This document shows positions 1 through 15,179 of a stretch of 64,000 nucleotides of DNA, one piece after another (position 1 is the stretch's first letter; the number at the start of each line of letters is the position of its first letter). Position numbers and translations under genes: made by a program. Below the pieces are notes generated by a model. It made no database searches and had not been told where the DNA came from. It worked only from the letters and a program-made list of their open reading frames with translations. Source of the DNA: Octopus vulgaris (taxonomy: Eukaryota); NCBI GenBank assembly GCA_951406725.2, contig OX597820.1:27032001-27096000 (forward strand), written 5' to 3'.

Positions 1-200
1 CACGCGAGAACCATCTACGCGATCATTTTCTTACTAGAAACAGCAGACACATTTCCCTCAAAGTGCACCTTGCTATCTTATGTAAGTACAAACATATTAG
101 ATAAGCCAAGGTGTCATTAATTAAACGGAGTGATCATGGCTGGAATAGGTTTGATCATATGTTTTCTTATTCAGAGTTGACCTGGGGTTAAACGACAACA
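1..200 (+). mobile_element. 3' part of an old SINE-like repeat (family E), ending gacctggggttaaacgacaaca
   Basis: Motifs ctagaaa(c/t)agca, catggctggaat..tttgatcata and a caacaa tail recur, degenerate, at about 22730-22950(-), 28340-28520(-), 52360-52545(+), 52575-52730(+) and 63240-63470(-). Confidence 0.5.
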
Positions 201-267
201 ATGTGTCGCCTTATGATCTACCCATGTGTTATTCTCACAATTCCACCCCTCCTCTCGCACGCACACA

Positions 268-270
<3 letters not shown>

Positions 271-329
<59 letters not shown>

Positions 330-342
330 CACACACATACAC
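271..342. repeat. (CA)n microsatellite
   Basis: Seen directly. It accounts for the THTH run in ORF 201-575. Confidence 0.95.
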
Positions 343-455
343 AACTTGTAAACTGTATAATCGGCGCCTTCAGAAAACGTAATTCTCTGGAAAAGGTTGC
401 TGCCCCAAAATTTCAGACACTTACTCGTCCTGACAGAAAAATGAAAATCAATATC

Positions 456-790
456 CAGCTCGTCGTCGATTTACGACCTATCCTACTTACAACATATCCG
501 ACTTACGACCGACCGACTTCAGAACGATTGGAGCGCCAGCTCCCGGCAGCAATAATATATAGTTCAGTTGATTAACCCGTCTACGGATGACACGCTTACC
601 CTAGGTTTGGTTTTCGATCGCCACTGTGATTATCCCAAGTGTTGAATAAATATCCTGTCGCGGAGACATCGAAGCAACCTCATATTTGGCTACTAAACGA
701 CTGCTTGAGACTCCGAACAAATGACACGACCATATCGACTTACGACCAATGAATCGGAACCAGTTGTTGTCGTAAGTCGACGACGACCTG
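456..790. mobile_element. Tigger/pogo-like MITE
   Basis: Left end cagctcgtcgtcgatttacgac matches the reverse complement of the right end, caggtcgtcgtcgacttacgac (22 bp, 2 mismatches). TA follows the right end, and cgacttacgacc repeats lie inside. Confidence 0.75.
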
Positions 791-1395
791 TATTTCACAC
801 TTGAGCTCTTTACACATACGAAATATCAACGTTATTCATTAATAGTTTTCTCCCAGAAATTTTGTATGAAGTATTCTTGTTAGGATAAACGAAACGAACA
901 GATGCAAACGTAATAATAGAACTGCGGTATGATGCGATAGGAAAACTCCTAGATTGGTATTTGTGTATGTTAATTATAGAGCCGCCGCGAACCAATTTTA
1001 CAGTGTGTTGACATTCAAATCTAATAGAATATAGACTGTACTACATAATTAAACATACACTGATCTAATGAGCGCTATACGCTTCCCGACATAATTCAAA
1101 TTAGCTTTAATTTAGAACCATAAACAACCAGATCTCTATAACAATATTTCTTCGCCTTGAGTTGCATTCATGTGCGATTACTTAGCCGACTTCTTAGAAG
1201 AGAAATAGCTTGCTTTATAAGAACGTTGAAATACAAAGAGACAGGAAAAAAGAGAGATAAGAAAAGTAAAAAAAGACAAGGTAAAGAAAATGGTGGTGAG
1301 GATAATGCAGCGGAAGATGGAAGGGGAGGAGGCGATGGGGCTCACATTCCAGAGCAAGTGGAGTGCAGAAACGCGCCCCGAGTTTCAAATTTTCC

Positions 1396-1585
1396 AATGG
1401 TTCCAAATTTTGGCACAAGGCCAGCAATGTCAGGAGAGAGGTTAGTAATAATAATGGTTCCAAATTTTGGCACAAAGCCAGCAATTTCAGGAGAGGGGGT
1501 AGTAATAATTATAATGGATACAAATTTTAGCACAAGGCCAGCAATTTCAGGAGAGGGGGTAGTAATAATGATAATGGTTCCAAAT
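1396..1585 (-). repeat. 57-60 bp minisatellite, about 3.2 copies, derived from the SINE-B 3' tail
   Basis: The unit atggttccaaattttggcacaaggccagcaatttcaggagagggggtagtaataat is the reverse complement of the SINE-B tail seen at about 31775-31830 (ttgctggccatgtgccaaaatttgaatccattattatt). Confidence 0.85.
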
Positions 1586-2070
1586 GATCACGATGGCGTT
1601 GCTGCGGAGACTGGACAGTGACACTCTCTGCAGCAGACACTCCACATCGCGGGGGTAATTTCTCTGACTTGCGTTATTGGTTTCATGTATTCTTACGTTT
1701 CTAACAGGTTGATTCTCTCCTGCGTGACTGAGAGGGTTTTCTCGTTTAGACTCTGCGATTGCAAATACCAAAAATACAAAGCTGACATACGCATACGATT
1801 CACAATCTTAATCTGATCCGTACGTATTACGTAACCCAGTGCTAGAACTTGTATCAAAACAAAATCACTTGTCATAACAGTGATCCAAATCAAAGTATAA
1901 ACGAAACTTTTTACATGCTTATTTTATTTTAGTCCTGTTTTTAGTTAAGACAAAGAAACAGTGTTGAGCCAATAAACAAGCAAATGGAGATGCAAACAAG
2001 ATGACTGCTCTTTGACCACACACACACAAACACACACATACACACACACAGACAGACACACACACAATAT

Positions 2071-2474
2071 TACTCTTTTACTTGTTTCAATCATTTGACT
2101 GTGGCCATGCTGGAGCATCGCCTTTAGTCGAGCAAATCGACCCCAGGACTTTTCTTTGTAAGGCTAGTAGTTATTCTATCGGTCTATTTTGCCGAACCGC
2201 TAAGTTACGGGGACGTAAGCACACCATCATCGGTTGTGAAGCGATGTTGGAGGGACAAACACAGACACACAAACATATACACACATACATATATACATAT
2301 ATACATATATACGAAGGGCTTCTTTCAGTTTCCGTCTACTAAATCTACTCACAAGGCTTTGGTTAGCCCAAGGCTATAGTAGAAGACAATTGCCCAAGGT
2401 GTCACGCTGTGAGACTGAACCCGGAACCATGTGGTTGGTAAGTAAGCTACTTACCTCACAGCTCCTCCTGCGCC
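2071..2474 (-). mobile_element. tRNA-derived SINE family A, full length
   Basis: Reverse complement of the ggcgcaggag..tgtgtggtaag head (A box), ggttcagtc (B box), ccttgggcaa body, internal (TA)/(TG) tract and gaaacaagtaaaagag tail. Confidence 0.92.
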
Positions 2475-3164
2475 TTGTATATATATGTATACAAATGCAA
2501 ATATGCATGTAAATATACATGCAGACATGCACACACACACGAACACACACATGCGCGCACACGCATACGCACACTAACACACACTTACATGTATGTATAT
2601 TTTTATGCACTGACTTGAGAAGTGAAACTTTTGATTCAATACGGTTCTTTAACGCTAAGAACACCAAACACAGGATTACAAAACTAAAGATAAGAATAAA
2701 TAAAATATATAAAATCCGTGATAATTTTTTGCATTCTACATGAGAACATTTATCAATATTTGTTCTGATTTGTTTATCAATATCCTCAATACATTCTTTT
2801 CCTACATGTACACACCCAACATCTGTCGTTACTACCAAATCCGGTTGTAGTTCGCCGTCGACTAAACCACTTCAAGTAAGACTGCAGCTGAACTGTGTTA
2901 TATTTTAGTCAATTTCTTACATCTGACGTCACAGTGTTTCCTGTCACTATAAATTTCTTCAAAGCGCATGCGTTCATAATTGATTGAACTACTTAGAAAC
3001 TGAGAATTCAAATAAAATATGTACATTCAAACGGATTTTTCTTTTAAAGTAAGATGTTTTTAGGAAAATACAATCTATGATGTTGTTACTTTGACCATAT
3101 CCAATATTTGCATTAATCTCTAAGGATCAAAGACAGAAAATGTTATTATTATGCGACAATTGTT

Positions 3165-3372
3165 TCTAACACAGGCTCAAGCACAATATCTCAAATTTAG
3201 AGGAGTTGGGGAATATTTGGTTATATTGACCCCGGTACTTCATTAGTGTTTAATTTTAACGATCTTAGAAGGATGAAAGGCAAAGCTGACCCGGGCAAGA
3301 TTTGAAAGTAGAACGTAAAGGGCAGGAATAAATACTGCACTGCAAGGCATTTAGTCCAACACCAACGATTCT
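3165..3372 (-). mobile_element. SINE family B, degenerate
   Basis: aaggatgaaaggcaaag..gacc..atttgaa..agaacgtaaag is the reverse complement of the family B core. Confidence 0.7.
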
Positions 3373-3404
3373 AAATGATAGTTTTTAATATAATCTCAAG
3401 GCAA

Positions 3405-3608
3405 AGTGTAGAGCTGACAGAATCTTTAGCGCGTCGGGCAAAATGCTCACCGGTATTTCGTCAGTCTTTACGTTGAGTTTAAATGCCACCGGGGTCGAAT
3501 TTGCGTTTAGGGGTTGATAAATAAATACCTTTCGAACATTGGAGTCGATGCAATTTACTTTCCTCTTCCCAAAACTTACTGATCTTGTGCGAAAATTTGA
3601 AATCAGTA
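3405..3608 (+). mobile_element. SINE family B
   Basis: gagctgacagaatc..aaatgctcaccggtatttcgtc..tttacgttgagtttaaatgccaccggggtcga..cttgtgcgaaaatttgaaa. Confidence 0.8.
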
Positions 3609-3780
3609 TTGGTATTGAAGTCACAGTGGTAAGCTTCAAAGGACTACACAGAATAGAATTGGATGCTAAGTATTGCATTTAAAAATTTCCCTCTTTCATG
3701 GTTTCCCCTGTGGGTTAAGTTGCCGCTCATGAATTAATGTTAGATGAAAATTAATGTGGTACAATTAGTATATTTGGGTT

Positions 3781-3939
3781 GCACGAGTGGCTGTGTGGTA
3801 AGTAACTTGCTTACCAGCCACATGGTTCCGGGTTCATTCCCACTGCGTGGCACCTTGAGTAAATATCTTCTACTATAGCCTCGGGCCGACTAAAGCCTTG
3901 TGAGTGGATTTGGTAGACGGAAACTGAAAGAAGCCCATC

Positions 3940-3999
<60 letters not shown>

Positions 4000-4144
4000 C
4001 TATGTGTGTGTATATGTTTGTGTGTCTGTGTATGTCCCCCAAACATCGCTTGACAACCGATGCTGGTGTGTTTAGGTCCCCGTAACTTAGCGGTTTGGCA
4101 AAAGAGACCGATAGAATAACTACTAGGCTTATAAAAGAATAAGT
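3781..4144 (+). mobile_element. SINE family A, 3' truncated
   Basis: Head gagtggctgtgtggtaag, internal (TA)n, body ending at aaagaataagt. Confidence 0.9.
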
Positions 4145-4160
4145 TCAGTATGCTCGTATG

Positions 4161-4747
<587 letters not shown>

Positions 4748-5885
4748 GGTTGTTGCTGTCCTCAAAATAGTTCAGTGAGCTGAAATAGTTTCAAGTCTTG
4801 GTCAGCACATCTGTTCCTTTCCCATAGTCCTTGTGAATTAGAGTCGCTATCTACTATGGTTCTTACTTTTTATGATAGTAGCTGGTGTTTTGAGAATGAT
4901 TTAGTAGCCATTGTTAGAAGATCGCTTGACTGCGTAAAACGCACCCTTAACAAATCGAATCAATATTGTTTAGAGTGCCGTAACAAAGTTAATGGCCCCG
5001 TGAAGCACAAGGTTTTTTGGGTATTATATAAATCAATGTAACTGTGAAAAGTTATATTGACCAGTAGAAACCACACACGCGGTATAACGCTTCCATTAAC
5101 ATGTAGTACATAAAAATAATACTCGACGAAAAGATCAATATTATAGAAATAAACTCATACAAAATCAGGAATTTGCATTTATAGCGATAAACTAAGCACT
5201 TTTGGCTGTTGTTACAGTTGCTCCTCTTGTAATATAATCTATCCTCGTTCATAACTGATTCAGTTATCACTGATCCTGGATAACATGGTTACGCTTCAAT
5301 GTTACGTGTTACACTTATCAGGTATTGATCTGTGATAACACGGTTCTTGGTCAAAGATTATTCTTGCTTGAACTGTAAAAATGCGGCCCAAGCACCATTC
5401 ACAATACTCAGGACAACTTGGGGTCCGGGAACGAACCTATTATTCCTATATGTTCTATTATTTATTCATCTCCGATTCATTTAACGCGTTTTTTTATAAG
5501 CAACTTACCGTGATAAACGAAGATAGATGTACTTGATAGCTAGCTTACTGACCATCACTGTTATGCTTGTTATGGCTACCAATACCACGTTCACATCTAG
5601 AAATACTGTGACCAGTGGTAGCTTTTGATGAAGCAAGTGGTACTTAACAGTCTGGTACTACGTCTCTTAGGAGTATCTTCTGACTGTATCAATCTGGGCT
5701 GTGTTGGGCTACATGCCCGGTGTCATCCTATTAACAAGTCCAAATGGTACGCTAATCTACGATACGTTTTTTTCTGAATAGCGAAACTCGTTAGCATAAC
5801 ATCGGTTTGAGTTGCTGATCGGTCCAGATGACAATGAAGCAAGCACATTTGTTGACGAAATAAGCGCACTAACTGTCATGTATGA

Positions 5886-6264
5886 GTGGAGGCGCAATGG
5901 CCCAGTGGTTAGGGCAGCGGACTCGCGGTCATAGGATCGCGGTTTCGATTCCCAGACCGGGCGTTGTGAGTGTTTATTGAGCGAAAACACCTAAAATAGC
6001 TCCACGAGGCTCCGGCAGGGGATGGTGGTGATCCCTGCTGTACTCTTTCACCACAACTTTCTCTCACTCTTACTTCCTGTTTCTGTTGTACCTGTATTTC
6101 AAGGGGCCGGCCTTGTCACACTCTGTGTCACGCTGAATATCCCCGAGAACTACGTTAAGGGTACACGTGTCTGTGGAGTGCTCAGCCACTTACACGTTAA
6201 TTTCACGAGCAGGCTGTTCCGTTGATTCAGATCAGCCGGAACCCTCATCGTCGTAACCGACGGA
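5886..6264 (+). mobile_element. tRNA-derived SINE family C (head H1 + module M1 + tail T1)
   Basis: tggcccagtggtt (A box) and ggtttcgattccc (B box). A near-identical copy lies inverted at 46610-46988. Confidence 0.9.
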
Positions 6265-6533
6265 AAGCTTCCATACAAGGTGACACCAATGCACCTTAGA
6301 GGTCGAATGAACCTTTGCGCCAGTTGATTGGTTCGAAAGATGATGACGTACGTACGTCTGTTGACACTTACCTATCTGCGATTGGATCGTCGTTAGCAAA
6401 ACCTCAGATCTACGTTTGATTGACATAAACATATCAACATGAGGTATTTGTAATAAGATAAACTGGGGCTCTGTGAAATAACAAACGCAATTATTCATCG
6501 TGATGTGTATCCATTTTAATATTTCATTTCACA

Positions 6534-6725
6534 CAAAGGCGGCAAAATGGCAGAATCGTTGACACACCGGACAAAATGCAAAATTTCGTCCCTTTTTACG
6601 TTCTGAGTTCAAATTGTACCGATGTTGGCTTTGCGTTTCATCTTTTTTGGATAGATAGTATAAGTATCAGTTGAGCACTTGGGTCATTATAAACGATTAG
6701 TCTCCTCACACAAAATTGTTAGCCT
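6534..6725 (+). mobile_element. SINE family B, degenerate
   Basis: aaggcggcaaaatggcagaatcgtt..ttacgttctgagttcaaatt..tttgcgtttcatc..taagtatcagtt. Confidence 0.8.
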
Positions 6726-7029
6726 AAGAGATTACGCGGAGAGAAAAAGAAAGAGAGAAAATGGATAGATAGCTAGATGCACATAAAAAAGAGTGTTATA
6801 GAAAAACAGAGAGAGAGAAAGAGATAAGAGTATTAACGTAACATACTCTTTCATTTCCTACATTATGTTGTCTTTCCTGCTTCGGCAAAGAAACCGGTGT
6901 CTGTTTCGAATACACGCACACAAACATTTAATACTTTTACGTCAACCCCACATTACTTATAGTTTCGTGGGCGTAGAATACATCCGCGTCATGAGATGTT
7001 CGGAGACAAAGTCTCTCTCTGTCTGTCTC

Positions 7030-7092
<63 letters not shown>

Positions 7093-7811
7093 TGAATTCA
7101 CGGAAGAACCAGCAAACACTAAACATAGATTTGAAAGCATTTGAAAACCACTTTAACATCTCGTTAATATTAAAGGAAGTCTAGCTTTTTGAAGCTACGG
7201 AGGCACTATATCTTAATAAATTTATTATAAGAAAGTTCCACTTTCAGTTTATGGCTTGTTACATTTTACATTTACACTTATGGGCTAGAAAGTAAAAATA
7301 AAACACAAACAGATTACTGGAGTGTTACAAAAACCAGAATACGGAACATATAAAGGCATTGGAAAGTGTAAGATATTTTAATTAAAATAGATTTTACGTC
7401 CTACATGCTCGACTAGAGAAGAAATAGAAGCTTTTGCACACAAGAAGTTGTATAACTCGTCTAAGGTTGGTAGACAGACAGCGAATAAAAAAATTCACTA
7501 TGCGAGGGAGTTGGAGCATAAAAAGCTAGTTTGGTAGCACACACACACATTACACATATACTGACATATGCAGTCTCACAGACAAATACACATCATAGTC
7601 TCTCGCTTTCTCTCTTATAGTAAATTGTACTGTGCATTTATTTGTATATTTATTTGTTATCTGTTTTCTGTCCCGATAAATTTTACTAGCAGTGTAAAGT
7701 AATAGAAAAAAGAAAGGTAGATTGGGAGAAAATGGAGTAATTGAAAAGATATGTGCTTTTTAAATACCTATATATATATATGCACGTATACATACAAACA
7801 TTCATACGTAT

Positions 7812-7893
<82 letters not shown>

Positions 7894-8347
7894 CACATAT
7901 ATGTTGTAAACAACGTATATCCGAGAAACTATACATTACAAATAAATCTATAGAGCGTAAATTAATAGAAAGGAACATAACCGGAGAAATGGGACAAAAA
8001 AGGGTGTAAGAAAAAGGAGAGAGTCGGAGAAAGAGACGAAGAAAAGGAGACGAGAATGTAAAGTGGCTGTCAGGATTCGACAGGAAAGAAAAACCTAACA
8101 AGAAATAAGTGAAAAAAAAAAATGAAATGAAAATAATGATAAGGCAATGAATGAATCTATTCGTTCCTATAAAGACTGAAGTAGGTTGAACAAGAAATGT
8201 TTTCGAAGAGGCATGAGCAAAAACATGCCATCACAATTGCGATTATGCACAGAAACGTATAGTGTTACAGAATGCAGTGTTTTATAAACATAAAGCAGAC
8301 ACACACATGCACATACACACTAAGCATACATATTCAGGAGCTTATCA

Positions 8348-8389
<42 letters not shown>

Positions 8390-8404
8390 TATATTTTATA
8401 ATTA

Positions 8405-8824
8405 GGCGCAGGAGTGGCTACGTGGTAAGTAGCTTGCTTACCAACCACATGGTTCCGGGTTCAGTCCCACTGCGTGGCACTTTGGGCAAGTGTCTTCTAC
8501 TATAGCTTCGGGCCGAGTAAAGCCTTGTGAGTGGATTTGGTAGATGGAAACTGAAAGAAGCCCGTCGTATATATGTATATATGTATATATGTATGTGTGT
8601 ATATGTTTGTGTGTCTGTGTTTGTCCTCCAGCATCGCTTGACAACCCATGGTGGTGCATTTACGTTCCCGTCACTTAGCGGTTCGGCAAAAGAGACCGAC
8701 AGAATAAGTACTAGGCTTACAAAGAATAAGTCCTGGGGTCGATTCGCTCGACTAAAGGCGGTGCTCCAGCATGGCCGCAGTCAAATGACTGAAACAAGTA
8801 AAAGAGTAAAAAAGAGTAAAAGAG
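8405..8824 (+). mobile_element. SINE family A, full length, young
   Basis: Complete head, body and gtaaaagag repeat tail. Confidence 0.95.
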
Positions 8825-9717
8825 CATATCATATTTATAGATACATACATGCATGCATATGCGTATGCGTATATAAATCCATACACATGGTTGTATATTC
8901 GTAGAGTACACTCTTGATCCCTCTCTATATTCATGTGTGTGTGTGTGTGCCTGTGTACATACATAGATACATGCATGCATACATGCATACATGCATGCAT
9001 ATAAATCTAATTAGAGATTGAGGCAGGAAGCGCTTTGGGACTCATGAGTGATGCGAGTGCCTAATTTTTAAAGTAGATAGCAGAATATATTATGTTAAAC
9101 TGAGCAAGTGATTAACTAAATAAATCATTAATCAAATTTCACGTTACCCTAAATGAATAAGTTATTTTGTTACTATATCACAATCTTCCCTGTGGTATTG
9201 TTGTAATTGGTCACATCAACTAATTAATCAATCAAACAATCAATCAATCAATCAATCAATCACTAGTAGTTTATCAGTACCTAAGGAGAAAATAATTGTA
9301 AGATAACGTATAATGTTAGTTCTCAACAACCAGCATTACCGTTGTGTGTTATATAACATACACATACGGTTTCTCTAACTATCACCAACACTGCTGTACA
9401 TGTTTAATCACTCTCATTTTCTCTCGGGTATTTCTTCGTTCTTTTCAATACTTTCTCCACCGTATTGCTTGAAGTATTTGCTTTACTCATTGGATACACA
9501 ATTCTCTCTCAATCTTCATCTCTGTCAGGTGGACGACACATGCGCGTATCGTATTAGCGGATGAGCATTATAATTTCTGAGGACGGACACACACACACAC
9601 ACATGCATACAAACATGCATACATACATACACACACACGCGCAGATACATCTGAAACACATACAAATACTAACAAAAACGACATAGGTAACACATATGCA
9701 AAAGATAATCGGTATAC

Positions 9718-10245
<528 letters not shown>

Positions 10246-10730
10246 TACACACTTCAGATCATATTTTCATACACGCATCCACTCGCAGATATATAAAAAT
10301 GTTAACGTACACACACAGAAACACACACATTACAAACAGCGTATATTTAAAGTAAGATGTTCCCTATCTACCCCTCCTTTAATGCTTTTCTAGAAATGAT
10401 ATCGGTTTCATAGTCTCGTCACACATGATACTTCAATCAATTAAGAAATTTTCGCAAATCACGGATTCGTAGTCTGTGAGCCATTTTTGGGTTATTTAAA
10501 CTGGACACGCGATCGGGTTGTGGTTCAGTTAATTCAACCAGTCAAGTCTAGTAACCGATTCTCTCAGATTCCTACATACAGACACCAGCAATCAACAACA
10601 CGCACCAGAATCGACTGGCAGCTGTTAACTTCGTTCCTTCTACATTTCGGTCTGTCTGTTAATATACGTGCACCACTAAAATTAAAATTTAGCTGAGAAG
10701 GATTTATTTAAAATTATTTTGTAAACACTG

Positions 10731-10891
10731 GGACGCAGGAGTGGCTGTGTGGTAAAAAGGTTGCTTCCCAACCACATGGTTCCGGGTTCAGTCCTACAGC
10801 ATGGAATCTTGACCAAGTGTTGTCTACAATAGCTTTGGGCCAACCAAAGGCTTGTGAGTGGATCTGGTAGACGGAAACTGAGACGGAAACT
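10731..10891 (+). mobile_element. SINE family A, 5' half only
   Basis: Head and body stop at a duplicated agacggaaactg. Confidence 0.85.
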
Positions 10892-10997
10892 GGTTGTTTT
10901 CAGTGAGCCTTCTGTTGGCTTTAGAGTTCATCTGACTTCTAGCAAAGCTGGTACTTTCTAGTACCCTCAAATGATTATCATATAATTATTATATATA

Positions 10998-11400
10998 GGC
11001 GCAGGAGTGGCTGTGTGGTAAGTAGCTTGCTAACAAGCCACATGGTTCCGGGTTCAGTCCCACTGCGTGGCACCTTGGGCAAGTGTCTTCTGCTATAGCC
11101 CCGGGCCGACTAACGCCTTGTGAGTGGATTTGGTAGATGGAAACTGAAAGAAGCCCGTCGTATATATATGTATATATATATATATATGTATGTGTGTGTA
11201 TGTGATTGTGTGTCTGTGTTTGTCTCCACACCGATGCTGGTGTGTTTACGTCCCCGTCACTTAGCGGTTCGGCAAAAAGAGACCGATAGAATAAGTACTG
11301 GGCTTACAAAGAATAAGTCCCGGGTTCGATTTGCTCGACTAAAGGCGGTGCTCCAGTATGGCCACAGTCAAATGACTGAAACAAGTAAAAGAGAAAGAGT
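10998..11400 (+). mobile_element. SINE family A, full length
   Basis: Complete head, body and tail. Confidence 0.95.
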
Positions 11401-12089
11401 ATACATATATTTGTGTGTATCATATTTTCCGTTGTCTTTTTATTTAATCCTGAATATATATATACATATCTACACATATACGTATGTGTGTATGTGTTTG
11501 TCCCACCATCACCGCTTAACCACTGGTGCTGGTGTGTTTACGTCTCCGTTATGTAGCTGTTCGGCAAATGTCACCTATGGAATTACTGCTAGGATTATAA
11601 AATAATAACTCCTGGGGGCAATTTTTCCCCCTCCATGCTGATTCTCATAAATCTTTTTCTTCAAATAGCATTTATCCTATATAACTTTACAAAACAAATA
11701 TATGCTCGTGAACGTTGTCGAATGGTCTGTGTAATCACAGAAATATTTATGAATATGCATAAACGAATTTATGAAAACGTTTTTGATATAGATGTTATAA
11801 ATTAAGGTTTGACATAATCCAAGAATGAATTGAATCTATTCAAAACTGTATTTTCAAACAGCGTAATTATCATTGCGCTCTTGTACAAAATAGGTCGGAA
11901 GAGGTCTTTTTTCTATTCATATTTTTCAAATAAAACAAAAAATATATAATTTATAACTGGATTTTTTTTTCCTACGAACACTGTTTTACTTTCCTACATA
12001 CGTTTTAACCATGTCATTGCAATTCAAAAGCAGATATGTGAAATACAAAAGGGTAGTGATAAAAGGATCAAGAGATGAACGAGGACACA

Positions 12090-14790
12090 GAGGAAAACGG
12101 TCATATGGGAATATTGATATTACTTTCAAACGCTAGGTGAGGAATATTTATCACCAGAAGCTGATCTATCTGGCCAAGAAAAAAATTGAAAACGAAATGA
12201 TTTATCTTAATACTAGAGTGACAGTATTGATCATAGAGAGATTGCAGTGACAAAGAAGCCTTTCCTGAAAGTGAACAGATTACGACGAACTTAAAACCAA
12301 GCTTGAAAAAGAACACATCAAAGACACACGTGATGGATTTCATACAGGAAATTTAATACAAGGATGCGCGTAAAATAATGAAAATGTGTGTGGAAAGGGC
12401 ATTCCTTTGCCCCAAACCGTTTTAAGTGGTAGTAAGCAGGAAGGATTTAAAGGTGGCCTCGTTAGACAGAGGAGTCATAAAGATTTGTAAATGCAGTTTG
12501 TCACGAAACAATACATACACTGTTTACCATGTCGACTGTTTGGGAAAGGCAACGTTAATGTAACTGCCTTTGACAATAGAAAATAGATGGTCGACACAAC
12601 ACACACACTCGTTCGTACGAATGCGCGCACACAGGCAAACACACACACACACATTCTCTTTCTCTCCCTTGAATACATACAGAATAAAGAAAGCAAACTA
12701 AGGAAAATGTATCAGAATACCTGAATATAAATACAGTAATCAGCATAAATTGAATTGTGTATCATAGAGAGAAATCAAACAAATAGTTTATTCAAACAGA
12801 AGCATCGAACATTCCCTGCATAAATAAATTATGGGAGAGAAGGCTAAATGGACTAATGTTTTACACTGTCTACTTGCTATAATTTTATTTTGTGGTGAAT
12901 GGGGGTTATCATTCCATAGTACTGCTCATCTCATTGGCGATATTCACAATACCTTCGTTGGATACGTTGAACTTTTGTTTCATTTAGATTCTATAGTTGA
13001 AACCCATGTCAGGCTGATCAAAGGAAGCCATGAAAAAGGAGAAATGTTGCAAGCGAAATATTTGTCAGTTGAATCGCAAAATGAATTTATTTCTCGTTCT
13101 GATTTCGTTATGAAATACATACATTTTGAAAGATCAAAGCCAAAATACTGTTCAATAATAGTGAATGCAACACGGGATTCTGCACATGTTGGACAGACAA
13201 CACTTTATCTTCGAAAATTGTAGGAATTTAGGATTCCTCAGAGATGTTGCATCTTTTAGGAACCAGGTTCTGAGATTGTAAAACGGGTAAAGTAAACACT
13301 GAATAAGAATTGCACCATCTTAAAAGATTTAAGGGGTCAATGACAGCAAAAGGTTTCAATATGGTAGTTAAGTTCACTGGAGTAAAATCAATACTGTTTA
13401 ATGACAATCCTCATGCTACTTTCTCACAATGGGGTTGTAATACATTGAATTTGTATAGCGAATTCTGCTGAGTGCTGTAGTAATCTTTATCGGACATATA
13501 GCATGTGTCTATATTTCCTTATTATTTATCTGCCACCAAAATTGCAAATTTGTGTATACTGAACAGATTCTTTCCCGTTGCATCGTGTCTGAATTTCCCG
13601 TTTTTCAGCTGGAATGGACGGCGGAGAAATCCTTTGCAACAAGCGCCACTGATATCATATTTACACTGAGATTTACTCTGAAACCTAATCAGACCCCGAA
13701 TGAAGTAACAAGAACTATTAAATACACACAAAAATATACTAATGTCAGGTTTAACAGTTTTGATTTCACTAACATCTTCTATAAGGTATCGTGGTTATTC
13801 ATCTGCTGGTAGAAACGTTAGCGATCCGGGCGAAATGCTTAGCAGTATTTCGTCTGGCGCTACGTTCTGAGTTCAAATTCCGCTGAGGTCGACTTTGCCT
13901 TTCATCCTTTCGGGGTCGATTAAATAAGTACCAGTTATGCACTGGGGTCGATATAATCGACTTAATCCGTTTGTCCTCTCTGTGTTTAGCCCCTTGTGGG
14001 TAGTAAAGAAATAGGTTATCCATCTGCTTCAGGTTCAACACCCTCGACATCTGACAACATCAGCATTACCGTCACTCATCTGATTCAAGTTCAGCATAGT
14101 TGACACCGTTGAGAATTGTAACACGTTATTGCAGAACGACTGAGAAATACTGTTAAAGGTATTAAAGTGACGAACGTCGATACGATCATAGGAAATTTAT
14201 AGAAACTGCGAGATAATTTTGACAACCTACCGATATATTTAAAACATATAGCTGACAGTTTGCAAACTAGAAAAGTAAATAAGAGAAACTAAAAGAAATC
14301 TTTTGATGCGATACAGACAATTGATGAAAGCCATGTAAATTGTCCTGACACATCAGTAAAATCAGTGTTTCAGCGATATCTTTTAGTTTGTCATTGTCAA
14401 TTATGTCATTAGTGATTTAAACAAGAATATTGAAGATACACAAAAATTTCGGATACTTTTAAAATTTCTGTGACATTACTTATCCATATCTGAAAATAGC
14501 TACTTTGACCGCAAGGACAAAGTGCTTGTAATTTTCAGAAATTTACTATGCTGATGGGGAAAAAAAAAACAAACAGCCTTACTATAACGTTCGTTGAATA
14601 AAATTATTTTGACAAGAAGGAAATAAAAAAAAAAACAGTTCAAATCTGTCATAGGGTCATCTGACAGTTTTAGATCAATTTAGAATGAAATGAAATTGGT
14701 ACTCAGTCAATATATTGATTTCAGACATATCATATAAAAGGTTGCGCAGGAAAACAGGAAAGGACTTTTGCAGACGGAGAAAATCCAGTT
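12090..14790 (+). pseudogene. Decayed hAT-superfamily transposase (ZMYM1-like / DUF4371 type), interrupted by a SINE-B and low-complexity DNA
   Basis: ORF 12831-13223 has W..VL..LL.II.F..E.GL.F, VELL...D....H, YLS.ESQNEFI and KYCSIIVNATRDSAH..QTT..LR (compare YFSIIVDxTxDxSHxEQ). Downstream frames give DLRGQ*..NM..KFTGVKS and NPHATF..GCNTLNL (compare RGQxYD..NM and CxxHxLNL). A C-terminal IDF..II..A..K-like end lies near 14710-14765. There are many stops and frameshifts. Confidence 0.8.
13805..14015 (+). mobile_element. SINE family B (variant tail ..tttagccccttgtgggtagtaaagaaatagg), inserted in the hAT relic
   Basis: Core gaggtcgactttgcctttcatcctttcggggtcgattaaataagtaccag. The same tail occurs at 40470-40690(-) and 54058-54240(-). 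Confidence 0.92.
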
Positions 14791-15137
14791 TGTCATATTG
14801 TGATCTTCATAATAAATTATTAAATTGCCTCGTTTTGGTTCCAGTAACTGATAGGTGATTGTCTTAAAGCAATCCCCCCCTCCTTCGGTATATATTCACT
14901 ATAGGCTCTTACACACAAATACATTTATTTCGAAATTTGATACATTTCCCTCTTTAGGTTATCTGCACTGTTTATAAGGTCATGGTGCAATTTTAGTGTC
15001 TTCTATCATCATTTATCTTTTCAGTTTCATTATCTACATATATACAACAGTTTCTGAACATAGATACATATAATGCATGCATGCATACATACATACATAC
15101 ATACATACATACATACATACATACATACATACATACA

Positions 15138-15177
<40 letters not shown>

Positions 15178-15179
<2 letters not shown>

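Noticed and set aside
1655-1710. gtaatt...ctaacag mini-intron on the plus strand
   Set aside because: It is only about 50 nt long, and no convincing reading frame spans it.
5886-5960. tRNA-like sequences at SINE heads (also 8405, 15178, 53210-53276)
   Set aside because: A and B boxes are present, but the cloverleaf is imperfect and each continues into a SINE body, so they are not tRNA genes.
12831-13223. Domesticated ZMYM1-like host gene
   Set aside because: The flanking frames are full of stops and frameshifts, the catalytic D positions are altered, and a SINE is inserted. It is a transposase fossil.
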